A stretch of DNA of 64,000 nt from the human T2T-CHM13v2.0 reference genome, Homo sapiens, in assembly GCF_009914755.1 (NCBI RefSeq), contig NC_060946.1, one strand, 5' to 3'. The notes under the pieces are model-generated. The model had not been told where the DNA came from. It was given only the letters and a program-made list of their open reading frames with translations, and did not search any database. Shown here one piece after another: positions 1 through 13,670 of the stretch. The stretch's first letter is position 1. Each line of letters begins with the position of its first letter. The position numbers and the translations under genes were made by a program.

Positions 1-2980
1 GTGAGTCTGTGATGCGCTCAGTTATGGCTAGGCATGGGCGTTCCTTATTGTGAGCTTCCTTTTTGTGCCTGGAACTTCTGTCTGAAGGGTTGTGGGCTGG
101 ACTGTAGACCACTGGTCCTCAGAGGCAAGGGTTGAACTGAGGAGAAAGCCCCAGCTGGATCCTGCTGGGAGAAGCCCAGCACTCTGGCCTGGGGCCTGCT
201 CCCTATCTGTGGAACTGGGAGTAGGGCCCAGGCTAGGGCTTAGATCAGAGCTTCCCAAACCTTCTGTGTTAAGAACGTTTTTGCATCTGTTTGGATTTCA
301 TGGCTGTTTTTCCATTTTCCGTGCACACATGTCCAATTGTACCACCCTATTATAATGCACACTCTTTTCTCACACCCACAGGATAATTTGTAGTTCCACA
401 GCTATTTGTTGAGCATCCTCATCTGCCAGCACAGGATGGGGGTGGCAAGTGAGGGGAAACACAGATATGTGGTATTGGTCCCTGCCTGTGGTAGACGTGA
501 TTGGTTACCTACAGTGGCTCTTCTTTTCTCTTCCTGCTGGCAGGACCCAGTTGGGTTGGATGCCACACCTCTCCCACACGCCACTCAAGGAAAGGTGACC
601 CTGCCTCCAGCTCTAGGGTATGTGCTGATTGAGCTGAGCCCATCCTGGAGGCCCGTAGTTTAGACATGGTTTTGGCCACTGAGGTATGAGAAGTCTGCTG
701 GGAGATGCTGGGAAAGATGTTTTTCCTTGTAAAAGGAAATGCAGAAGGGACAGCTTCTTTCACTAGATTCTCGGACGTGAAGCAGCCATCTTGTTGCAAT
801 GAGGAAAGCAGGTTTGTTGAGGCCAGCAGACGGGAAGAGATGGGAAAAACCCTGAGGGCCAAGCCCCTGAAGACTGAAGCGTCCAATCTCCATACATTTT
901 GTCCTCACTGTTGAAGCCAGTTGAGTGGGAATTTTCTACTACTTATAGTCGAAGGCAACCTATATTAGACACTCCCTCAAAGGAGCATGAAATAGGATTT
1001 CTTCTTGTACCATTCAGATTATCATCAAAAAGCACATTATTCAGAGACAGAGCTTAGCTTTGTGGTAAGGCAGAAAGGAGAGGGGAAAGCAAGTTGGTAG
1101 GAAAGAGTTGAGTGAGGAGATTGTATTTTAAATGGGTCCTGAGGGAGGATTAGGATTTGTGTGGGAGGAGCAGAAGGGCGTTCTGGGGAAAGGAATGGTG
1201 GCATGAGCAAACCTGTGAAGACAGGTATGGATGTGGCACTGCCAAAAAACAGGGAGATTATGTCCTGACTAATTCCATGGACAGATTCTAGAGCACCTCA
1301 AATTGTGAGTTTATATGGTGACACGTGACTTATGCAGCGGGAAAAGTATTGCAGGCTCATGAATGGGGGAGAAAGGAATGAAAGTGGGCCTTGGGAAGAA
1401 GGATAAGGATTAAGTAGCTGGGTACCAGGTTCTTTGGAAGGGGAAAAAAGTAAAAGGCCAGTGACAAGCTCAAGCTACTGAAATAACTCACATTTGAGTT
1501 GATAGCAGTGCGGGGAGGGAGTGAAGCTGTCAAAGGAAGATTGTAATAAATTAACTGGCAAAGAAGGGTAAGATGGATATCTAGGAGAGGAAGATGGAAG
1601 AGGAAGATTTTAGGAAGATGCTGTTTGCTTTTTGCCACTATGGCTTTGAGGTAATGAGGAAAGATCTAAGTAATGAGGCGTTGAATTCATTTGAAAATAG
1701 GGCTAGACTTTGGGAATGAGAGGCCAAGGGTTAAGAGGATGTGGTAGAGGCAACTCACTAGGCATGCACATACTCCAGATTTTCCAGCCTCCCTCACAGT
1801 TCAGTTGGGGCCATGTGACTAGTGTTAGTCAATGAAGTGGGAGAGGAAGGAACCAGGGAAGAGCCATGTATTCCTCCATTGATTCCTCCCATGCCACAGC
1901 AGCCTTGGGCTAGGGCCAGAAAGTGTGGCTGCCAAGACGGGGAGGGCTGTCCTTCCAGGACCAGACTTTGACGGTTGTTGCTCAGCTGGGAAATGCTGGT
2001 AGAAGCGAGATCTGAAGCTGTAATGGGTGGCAGTGCTGACAGCTATTTGTGTTGGGTCTGGGTGGTATGTGGTCTTCAGGGTACAGTTGTCCACCTTCTC
2101 CTGACTTGATTTGCTCAGGGGTCTGCATTCAATGGGCTGGAGCTTGCTGGCCGACTCATTCTACCTCTAGGACTCTCAGTGTTTCTGGGGGCAGGTTTAC
2201 ATCTTGGCTGTCCAGGGAAGGGGATCCTTGTTCATGAGCTGTGCTAGTGAGAAGGCTGCTCTCTCCACAGGCACCAGAATGCCAAGTGCCTTGCAGAGGA
2301 GAATGTTTGGGTGGCTGGTGTCCGGTGGTGACCAGGTGGAGCGTCTCAATTATCTGGCTAAACATGGAGCTTCAGGAAGAAGTTCCAGATCTCCAGACTT
2401 GAATAAGAATAAGGTGCAAATCCCATCTTTCAAATCTTTCCCACTCTCAGAAGAGTCAAAATGTGCCTTTTCTGCAAGCAGTCCGGAGCTAGGCACTTTG
2501 CATACGCTTTGTTACGATGTTGCATCAATCTCGCCTGGCTGAATCACGGTGTTTTCCTAAGGGTAAAGGGCCCCGTGAGTGCTGGGAGGCCTTTGGCATC
2601 TGGTTTTCGTCAGGCAGCAGGTAAAAGTGCAGATGGCGGGTCTGATCGTGCTTTAAAAAAAGCAGAGTTAGAAACGTGGGAAAGGCATTTGAGAGGCACC
2701 TCTTACTCTGTGTGTGATCTCCCGTGCATCCTGTTTCTTCTCTAACCAAACACCTCAACTCCTAATACCCAGAGGAAAACCCTTCAGACTTGGGAGACAG
2801 CCGGCATTGCTGGCACTGGCCTCTCTGGAGCTTTTCTCGGTAAGTTTGAAAATTTAAAGACAGTGGTGGCACTGTTTCTCTGTTGAATGGAGAGTTGACA
2901 TTCTTATTTTTCCTTCCTCTTCTGCAAAACTGGGGTGTCATCAGATCAGTGTTTGCTGCTGCTGTTGCGTTCTTGGGTAG

Positions 2981-3337
<357 letters not shown>

Positions 3338-3499
3338 TGATAGGCCTACAAGGTCTAAGCTTAATCCCAGGAAAAGTGCTACCCGAATGGTCTGTCAGTC
3401 AGCCTTTTGTTTGTTTGTCTCGTTCTGGTCATCCTTGCCTCTGTCCACCCAGACAACATTCAATCAACATTTGTTATGGAGCCAGCAGTATGATTTTGC

Positions 3500-3655
3500 A
3501 AGTTACTTTTCTAAACTCTCATTTCCTCATCTGTAAAATAATAGGAGATACTCATTAGGGTGATTCTAAGAGTTAAATGGAAACATCTGAGGAAAGCACT
3601 TAGCATCGGTCTGGCACATAGTAAGTGCTCAGTAAATGATGGTTGTCATTATTGT
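3500..3655 (+). mobile_element. MIR SINE fragment
   Basis: MIR core motifs 'tttcctcatctgtaaaat' and 'ctggcacatagtaagtgctcagtaaatg'. Confidence 0.75.
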
Positions 3656-5599
3656 TGAGCAGAGCCAGGGGTTGCCACCCCGGTCAGCTGATTGGCTGTA
3701 GACATGGTGTGACCATATGGAGCTGGGATTTGGGCCACACTCAGCACATAGTTGTGATCCATAAATGCACAACCTTTGGACCCCATTGTCACCTCCCTTG
3801 GAATATCTTGGTGTTCTTGTTTCAGTCTGATAAGGCCATTGTAGCTGGGTTCTAGGTATCTCTGAGCATGGAGCACTCACGCCAGCCTCAGACATCGCTG
3901 TCAAGGGCATCAGCAGCAGTGAGGTGATTCCTCAGCCGGTCATTTGGGCATCGCTGCCTGGGTCTCTCCTGAGCTTCAGCTCATCTTTTTTGTCACCTGC
4001 CATACCTTTGCCTCTAAGTGTCCCCCAGTTTTTATTGCTGCCCTCTCCATCCGCACCAGTGCCTCTCTCTGCCAGTTCCACTGTTCTCTCGCCTGCTCTT
4101 TAGGATTTCCTTTGTTTTGCCTCCTTGCCTGGTGCTTTCAGCGAGCAGCGCTGACGTCATCTCAGGAACCGTGCTGCGTCTGAGAGAAGAACCTGCAGTA
4201 GCTGTTTAAGTGTGCGGTGCTGGCAGAGTACCTCCCTGAAGGTGTCCTGGGGAAAGTGAGTGATTGCTCACTGGGTGGTGAGCCAGGGGCAGGGTTTGGG
4301 GAGATATCTGCATTAGCAAGTTAGCATCACTTGAAACACAGGCATGTAACGGGCAAGGACGTGCTCTTCAGCTACCAGGCTGTCCTGGCTGGAGCCGGTG
4401 GCCACAGACCTGAGGGACCCCGGCTTTGTTCCCTTAGCTGGCTTTGTTCCCTTAAGCTGCCTTTGTTGTCTCAGTGTAGCTCTCTCTACCTCCTCTGTAT
4501 TTCACCACTGACAACTCACTCGATTCTCCCTCTGGCAATCTTAGTTACCTGTGAATACTCTTTAACGCCATCTTCTGCCTTCTCAATGAATGAAGGAGAT
4601 TCTCTCCTTGACTATTTGTGAGCCAAAACCTAACCTTCTCTTGGCTGATCAGTATTAATATATTGTGCTGAGAGGAAATTTTAGAGTAAAATTAGACATC
4701 AAAAAGAACTGGCACAATTAGTTTCCAAGCCGTTTAAGGTTCCTGGAAGTCTCCTGAATCCATCCTCTTTGTGGGGACCCACCCCAATTCTCCATCTTCC
4801 TCCTAAAAATAACGATAATGGCGTTTCACCAGAAGCCGGACAAAAGAATGCTCTGTCTGTTTCGCCTGTGGGAAGTGACAGGAACTGCTGAAACCTGTGT
4901 TCTGTGTCACAGAGCCAAGGGTTCACACAGTGCAGAAACAAATCACAGTGTGTCACGGAGACTTTTTCTGTCTCCGGCCCCGCTCTGTATTTGAGCCCAA
5001 ATGTGGAGGGAGATGCTGCAGTTGTGGGAAGGCACTTCCGTGACCCCTCATTATGGTAGAGGAAATGAGAGGCCTGAGGCCACAGCCAGGCTGGCCTTTT
5101 GCAAAATGGTCAAATCAGCAGCAATTTGGCCCTGGCTCCCACTTTGTGCCCCACCCACCAACTCCTGCTATCTCCCATCCCCACTCCCAGCGCAGTCGCG
5201 TCCATGGCTCCCAGGGCCCCACCAGGCTGCCCTCCCTGTCTGGCTGTGCTCAGCCGCTGTCCTGGTTCTCCCCAGCATTTCAGTACTTTCCTGAGTCCTC
5301 CTGCTGGTCCTTGACTTGGCTGGTTGGAAGGTTTGTGGATCATTAGAGCCACTTACTCACACTGAGGAAAGAAAACAGAAGTGGGTATTTGGGGAAGGCC
5401 TATGTGTTGCTTCCTCTGTGTGTTCACTCACATTTGCTGATTTCATCCCTACAGTTCCCCTGCCCGGGGAGTGTTATGCAGCCACCTGTACAAATGAAGC
5501 AGTTGAGACCCAGTAAGCTTGTGTGATTTCTCCAAGTCATAGCCAGCATGAGCCACTACTTTGAGCTCTAGATAAAGAAAAGGAACCTAGTGTTTTAAA

Positions 5600-6225
5600 G
5601 ATTTGCTTCATTGTGGTATAATTTGCTTGCATACAACGGAACTCACCAGTTTAAAATATGTAATTCTTTGTTGACAAACATGAGCAGCCACATAACCACC
5701 ACCTATCAAATATGGACCACTCCTCTGTCCCCAGAAAGTTCCCTTGTGCCTTCTTGCTACCAGCCTCTCTCCTGCCTCCAGGACCCCAGCCTCAGGGGAC
5801 CTGAATCCTGCCACTACAGTTTTGCACTGTACAGAATGTGATGCACATGGCATCCTACAGTGTGTAGCCCTTTGAATCTGGCTTCTCTCGCTCAGCACAG
5901 TGCTTTTGAGATCCCTCCATGTTCTTGTGTGTATCTAGTTCACACCTTTTTATTGCTGAGTAGGGTTCCGTTTTATGGATATAGCACATTTTGTCCATCT
6001 CTTCACAAACTGATGGGCATTTGGGTTGTTTCCAGTTTGGGGCTACTATGAATACAGCTATTAGGATGTGTACAAGTCTTTGTGTGGACACAGGTTTTAT
6101 TTCTCTTGAGTAAATACTTAGGAGTGGGATTGCTGGGTCATTTGGTAACTTTGAAAGAAACTACCAGACTGTTTTCCAAAGTGGCTGCACCATCCTACCT
6201 CCCCACCAGCCATGTATGAAGGGGA
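5600..6225 (-). mobile_element. Old L1 (L1M-type) 3' fragment
   Basis: Typical antisense L1M text ('gggcatttgggttgtttccagtttggggctactatgaata', 'gttttccaaagtggctgcaccat'). The minus-strand ORF 5855-6091 resembles the L1 ORF2 C-terminus (APNWKQPKCPS). Confidence 0.8.
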
Positions 6226-9051
6226 CCGGGTACTTTTGATGCCTAATCTAGGTTCTTTTCCCTATACCATAGTGTCACTGGCTGCTGAGGTGCGAATTGC
6301 TGACTATCACATTCACATGCCCTGAGCCTGTCCTTTTCACAGGAATTTCTTGGAAAGTCTGACCATTTGGAGCCAGTTGCTGGTGGGGAGGTTTCCTGAG
6401 GAGGTCCTTTCATCACACAGGGCCGTCTCCTCTGATGGCTGATCACCACACACACCCTCCTTTGCTGCCCATCCTCTCTGCCGTCACCTTGGTTCATAAT
6501 TAAGATTCACCTGTGGGTGACGTGGGACCCACTTGCAGCCCATGGACACTGGAACAGTCCATTCTGTGCAGTTCACTTCCTGGCTTTCACGGCACCTACT
6601 ATGCTGGCTCCTGGCCAGAGATGGAGTTAGAGGTGTCCTGTCCCAAATGAACCTGCATGCAGAAGCCACTGGGGCAGTGGGGACACTGCCTCAGCATCAT
6701 CACAGCTGCCAGAGGCTGAATTGCTGCTGTGCAGGGCTGTGTGGAACTGCTGCTGTTATATGCGCATCTCCGGTCTGGAGCTTGCTGCTCAGGGCTCTCC
6801 TTAACAAGCGGCCAAATGACTGCAGTTTTCTGCATTGCTTTCCTGTGAGGTCCCTGATGTTTTGAAAGAGCCAAAACCAGACAGGGATGCTATCAGGTTG
6901 CAGTTCTGCTCTGTTGTGGTGTTTCTGTGAAATGGAGAGGAGGATTTTGAGGAATGTGTAGTTGGGTTTACTTTTGTCTTTATTTGTGGGCATGTTTCCT
7001 GAGTGAGGACCACTGATAATTAGGTGTTCTTTGGTGTAGGGGCCCAGATGGACAGCGTGGACCCCTTTCTAAGGGATTGTTGTCACAGTGAGAGGGCTGA
7101 GCACTGAAGTTTATCTTGCAGCATGCGTGCTGGGAGCAGCCCCTCCAAATTGGTGCACGTGTTTGGGGAGGGCAGAGACCAGGGCACAGACTGGCTGGCA
7201 AACTCGCCTGCTGGGCTGAAGAGTCCTGACCTTGCAACTGGAAGCTCTGCTTTCCTGCCCTTTCCCTGATTCCTGCTAATTTTATGACCTTTCATCAGTC
7301 ACCTGACCTTTCTGGACTTCAGCGTCCTCACTGTATAATAGAAAGAATGATCCCTCTTTCACAGGGATTGGAGGATCTGCCGCGTGTCAAAGCCCTTTCT
7401 ACACCTGTGACAACACAAGACGTGCCCGTAGACACCTTTCTGAGCATGGGTGTGGCAGAAGGCCAAGCTCACACCCAGAAAGCCACCTGCCCTTCTGCTC
7501 CTTATCCTTGTCAGTCGCTGTGCCTGCATCCCCAGGAGGACCTCACGGGACTGGGAGGGCCTGGGACAGGCTGGCCTCAGATCACCAGGCATTGAGACCT
7601 CCTGCTAGCCTCAGGCTGACAGTAATAAATGTACAAAAGAGGACAGAGCTGCTGAGGAGCGGCTGGGAGTCCAGACACAAAGGACTGTCGGAGGAGTGAG
7701 TCAGGGCCTCTGAAGGTCACTTGAGGAGTGTCCGCCCTGAATCATTGACCTGCGGCATGAATGGAGAAGTAGCTGGGATACCAGCCCTGGGGCAGTTCCA
7801 TTGGGTGGATCTTTAGAAGAGAGAGGTGGCGTGGGAGGGGTAAGAGCACTGATTTGGGAATCAGAGACCTGGGTTCTTTAAGTCAATTTATCCAGGACTA
7901 CCTGTGTGGCCTTGGGCAGGTTGACAGCAGTTTCCTTTCTGTGAAATGATCAACTCCAGAACTATTGATACCTGTCACATTGTGTTTGGGGAATGAGGCT
8001 CAACAGCCGAGCCTGCACCATGACCCCGGTGCCTCTCCCCCATCCCCCTGCGCCTTTTGGACCAAGAAGTGCAGGCACAGATAGAGCTTTCAAGCCTCTT
8101 TTGTTCCTGGATGGTGGATCCCTGTGGTTAATGAATAATTGCTTTAGGGGCAGAGGTGAGGGGAGTGAGTATTGCAAGTGAAGATGGGTGGGACAGGGAG
8201 GTTCCAGGTGGTGAAATATTTTCAGGCAACAATCTGCAGAGAAACTTGACCATGACTCAGCTAAGCAGTGGGCTCACTGGCAGGTGGCCCTGGTGGCCCC
8301 CTGCTGACATCTGCTACTACTGTGTGCTTCCAAGGCCCAGCGAGCAGCACCGGTGATTGATGATACTACAGCGCATCCCAGGAGCTGGTATCCCAGGGCA
8401 GCGCTGCACCTGCTGGCAGCCAAACCCTTCGGGGCAGGACACCGGCCCACAGCCTCGGAGCGCCCAGTTCCAACCATCAATTTTAATTCTTGTGAGGCTT
8501 TTCTTTTTCACATTTGGTTACCCTGTTGAACCAATCTGCTTCTTCCCACCAGTATGACAGTTTTTAGCTCAGTTCCAGGCCAAATTTTGCACTGGCCCGA
8601 GTCCCACTGTTTGTTTCTTTCATGTGTATCTTTTACATGCTGGGAGCCCTGACCGACTTCCAGTGCCTGAGCCCCTTCCCCTAAGCATGAGGACTCCCGC
8701 CTCAGGTCTGCCCTGTTCCAGCTGCTGGAAGGCATCCAGAATTCTAATGTTATTCATCATAGTTGCAGTTTCACTACAAAGCATATGGTTTGACCTCTTA
8801 TCCTTACTAAGTCATTTCAGACTTAGGGAAAAAATACCCACTTAAGGATAATTCTTTTACCAAAAAATTTTGTGGTTTTTTTTCTAATAAGAGGTAATTC
8901 ATGCACATGTTAAAAATCAAAAATCAGATGTGAGGTGTGTGGGAAAAAAATGAAATGTTCTATATTTCAAAGTAAAACTTTGGGTGACAAAAACTTCAGT
9001 GATTTTTAATGGTGATTATAATATCAATAGTACTTTTGAAATCAGATGTTG

Positions 9052-9288
9052 GGCTGGGGCACAGTGGCTCATGCTTGTAATCCCAGCACTTTGGGAGGCT
9101 GAGGTGGGAGGATCACTGGAGCCCAGGAGTTCGAGACGCTGTCTCTCCAAACAAACAAACAGACAAACAGACAAACAAACAAACAAACTCAGGAGTTTGA
9201 AGCTGCAGTGAGCTATTATTATACCCCTGCACTCCAGCCTGGGCTACAGAATCAGACCCAGTCTCAAAAAAAAAAAAAAAGAAAGAAA
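9052..9288 (+). mobile_element. AluJ-type element with internal deletion and (AAAC)n linker
   Basis: Alu left arm, (CAAA)n 9149-9187, partial right arm, A tail. Confidence 0.85.
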
Positions 9289-9356
9289 TCTGATAACACT
9301 TTATTTGATGCTGCAGTGTTGTAAAGGATCATCAGACACACAAATTTGATAATTAA

Positions 9357-9903
<547 letters not shown>

Positions 9904-9919
9904 TTCTTCTTTTAATTTC

Positions 9920-10900
9920 TATTGTGAAAAATTTCAAATATGTACCAAAGTGGAGAGAGCAGAATAATTAACCCTCATACACTCATCACCTAGTTCCAAC
10001 AATTATCAGCTCATGTCCAATCTTATCTGTACCGTCACTCCCGTACCCTCCCTGTAGAATTTTCAAGAAAATCCAAGGAACACCTGGTGTATTCCCACAT
10101 GTTAATGAAAACTCTTGTTGATTAAGCTGCACTTATTAGTAATTTATTTTCCCATTTAAAATTAATTTTCAGAATACCAAGAAGGCACCATTTCATCCTT
10201 ATATCTGATTGGTGAAAAGTGTAGTAGTCAAATAGTACCAAGGTTGACAAAGACATCAAAGAATAGAAACACTTAAACACTGATCTTGGCAATGTAAATT
10301 GGTGCACTGATGTTGCAGAGCAATTTGGGCAATGCCTAGTGTGGTTGAAGATAACCTTGGACGAAGATTTACAAGAATATTTATTGCAATGAAAAGTTGG
10401 AAACCACTTAAAAATTTATCAGTAGGAAAATGAATACATTGTGCTATAGATAATGATTATCCAGACAGTGGACCATGGTATAAAGCAGTTGAAAGGAATG
10501 CCCTGGAGTGACATATGTCAACAAGGATTACCCTCAAAAATGTTTTGTCAATTAAAACAGATGCAAAAGGGTGCATACAGTGTGATGCCATTTTAAACAG
10601 TTTTATAGCATCCAAAAACTCTGTATATTGTTTATGGCTACATACATAGGTAGTAAAAGCATAAAAATAAATGTGCAAGAGTGGTAAATACCAAATTCGG
10701 GATGTTGTCATTTCTGGGATGGGTGGAATAGTGGGGCTTGAAAGGGGGTGAAATAGGGATTGAAGCACAGCCTGTAATGCTTTCTTTCTTGAAAGGAAAA
10801 ATAAAAAAACTAAACCAGGTGTGGCAAAATGTTAAGATTTGACAAGTCCTGGATGTGCACAGACATTTGTTATACATGTGTCTGTGTAAATGGTTCCTTA
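9920..10900. mobile_element. Degenerate L1M fragments
   Basis: AT-rich L1MC/ME-like text ('aatgtaaattggtgcac', 'aaaagttggaaaccacttaaaaatttatcagtagg'). Confidence 0.55.
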
Positions 10901-11039
10901 TTCAGAAATGAAAAATCTGTAATTGTTCATCTTCTGATAAACTTGCAATGGCTGCTGTTGTCACATGATGTCATTTTCTTGACTGGAGCTAAGAAACTTG
11001 GCATTTTTTGTTATTTAATCCTGAGAAAATGCATATTTT

Positions 11040-11333
11040 CTTCTTTCTTCCTTCCTTTCTTTCTTTCTTTCTTTTTTTTTTTTTGAGATGGAGTCACGCT
11101 GTTGCTCAGGCTGGAGTGCCGTGGTGCCATCTCGGCTCATTGCAACCTCTGTCTCCTGGGTAAGGGTTCAATCGATTCTCCTGCCTCAGTCTCCTGAGTA
11201 GCTGGGATTACAGGTGCCTGCCACCAAGCCCAGCTAATTTTTGTGTTTTCAGTAGAGACGGGGTTTCACCATGTTGGCCAGATTGGTCTTGAACTCCTGA
11301 CCTCAAGTGATTCGCCCAACTTGACCTTCCAAA
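11040..11333 (-). mobile_element. Alu (AluS-type), slightly 5'-truncated
   Basis: T-rich tail then antisense Alu body. Confidence 0.9.
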
Positions 11334-13559
11334 GAAAGTGCATATTTTCTTTGTCATCTTATGATAGTAGATCATGGAGCTCCTTTAGCTTAATGGATTC
11401 CTAGAGGCCAGTGACTCCTGATATTTTCCAGACGCTTATAGCTAGAAAAAGCCAAGTAATGAAGCTCTGATGCTTTGACTTGCTTTGACTTAACAAGCTT
11501 AGGGAAGAAGCAATGACACTGTATTTTCTTTCTTTTTGAGAGAAGGTAAGAACAGCATGAAAGGAGAAGGCAGAGGAGGAGGATCCCTTCTTGCCTCTGT
11601 GTAGACCGATCCTAGATGCAGCTTCCTTCTGTCATCTGCAGGTGGTTGGGACCTGTCTCCACACCTGTGGTTTGCTCAGGAGTAGGGAGGACAGGCCTGA
11701 GAGGAAAAAGGACTTGAGCTGGGCTTTGCAAAGGCACAGTAGAATTTAGGTAGATAATGAGGAGTGGTTGAATAGATGTGTCACGGAATTAAGGGTCCAT
11801 CTTCAGCAAGACACAAACCCTTTAAGACCTGGTCCTGCCTGTCCATCTTCACTTCTTAGTACCCATCTCTGTCCACCCTCCCCTTCCAGCCAGACCCAGT
11901 ATTGGCCCTATTGGCGAGCTCACCTTTGTCCTCTGGCCTTGGCTTTGCACGTGCCCTGACTTCTCACATGGAAGGGAATGAGTGCCTGTGCCTCACCTGT
12001 CCCTGGGCTGCCTGCCAGGCTCCTGCATACTCCCAGACTCTGATTGCGGCAATCTCCCAAGGAATGCACCTCCTGATTTTCCAGGCTGACCACCCTTCTG
12101 TAGCACCTGGTACAGTTAGTTGCTTTGTTCTTAATTCTATGCTTGTCTTCCTACCTGTGACTTTTTTCCTGGGCAGTGGTGCAGCTGGAATGGTTCAGCA
12201 TGCATGCAGACTTTTCACGTGACCCTGGGCAGATACTTAATCTTGGGGTGCCACACTCATCTGCAGGTGGGGATGGAATGGTACCCAACTCCTGTTGTAG
12301 TTGTGAGGGTTAAACATTGTAACACATATAAAGCAATTAGGGGAGGGCCTGGCAAGACTCTGCTGTAGGAGTTAGCTGGTCCTATTGCTGTTTTCCCCAT
12401 TTCTTCCTTTTCTCTTTTTCTCTCTTCCTCTTCTTTTTTCTTTTCCATCTTGTTTTTAGCTCACCAACACAAGAGATGGAAAACGATGTAAGCATAGCCT
12501 TTAGGTGTGAATGACTCCTGGTCAACTTGGAGGAAATGGCAAAATCCAGTAAGACGTACCGGGGATGTTTGGAGGGAGTGGTGGGTGTCAGAGTGAGTAG
12601 GTGGAGTGGGGCCAGACTTTAGAAGCCTTGGATACCAAGACACGGAGTTTGGACTTGATGTGATTGGCAAAGTGGAATCTCCGGCCATTGTTTATCTGGT
12701 GAGAAACTGCTGTGGGAGACCTGTATGGCAGTAGTTTACTGAGTGGACTGGCAAGAGTAGGGAAAAGAGTGGCAGTAGGAGACTAACTTTAAAATATGCT
12801 GAAGACCTTTAATATTGAAGAGCAGCGTGGCTGGATTAGGCAGTTGACAAGTGGCACTGACACAGGAGAGACTAGAGAGAGAGGAGCAGGACTCCCTGGC
12901 TTGATGAAAGAACAAAAGGGAGGGAGCTACAATCTTTGGCTTTGAGATTTGTAGCTAGTTGGACTGCAGGAAACCACAAAAAGAGTGAGGGTAGCTGGAA
13001 TAGCATATTTTTGTTTTATTTTTAAGATGTGTGGGATGGCCTAGGATTTGGCATCAAAGTTGGTGTGTTTATTGAGTATAGCTACTGTGGATGCCAGCAA
13101 GAAGGAGAGCGATCCGATATATTTACAGGCAGGACAAGAGCAGTCCACATCCGTAAGCAGGAAAACAGTGTGGCCAAGTATTGCTTTCGGACTTCTTTGG
13201 CTGCGTTAGCATGCTGGAGGGTTCTGTCCTTGACCTTTCTGAATTGACTATTGTGTTTGGTGAAAGTAGAGGTCACACTCATCTGAATCACCTAAAGTCA
13301 TCTGTATGACTTTAAGGCAAGAAGGAACAGCAAGTGTGTAGGTTGGCAAGTAAGATAAAAAACAGTCTGGATGAGATAGACTGATGGCCTGGCCCTGTTG
13401 ATGGAACAAGGGTGAATGCAAGGTTTTGAATCCAGCTGCAAAGTGTAGGAGGGGGAGGCTGTGGGAAGGATGGAGGGTTTTAGTTGGCAGGTGTCTGCCA
13501 CGTGATGTGGCCTCTAAACAGCCATCTTGTCTGCACTGAAAGAAGGTGGTCTGCTTGCT

Positions 13560-13670
13560 TCATCCTTGTCCACAAGCTGGTCAGGCCACTTGTGGAGAAT
13601 AGCATGCAGTTCTAGGCAGTACACTCTGAAGGACGGAAACAAACTGGAACCTGTTTGTAAGACACAGGGA
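13560..13670 (+). mobile_element. CR1/L3 LINE fragment
   Basis: 'ctggtcaggccacttgtggagaatagcatgcagttctaggcagtacactctgaaggacggaaacaaactggaa' resembles the conserved CR1 ORF2 end. Confidence 0.5.

Noticed and set aside
1-6. Window begins with GTGAGT, a consensus splice donor
   Set aside because: The upstream context is not visible, so it cannot be distinguished from chance.
4422-4459. Short tandem duplications (also ~42424, ~46659, ~47408)
   Set aside because: Ordinary slippage micro-duplications with no evident function.
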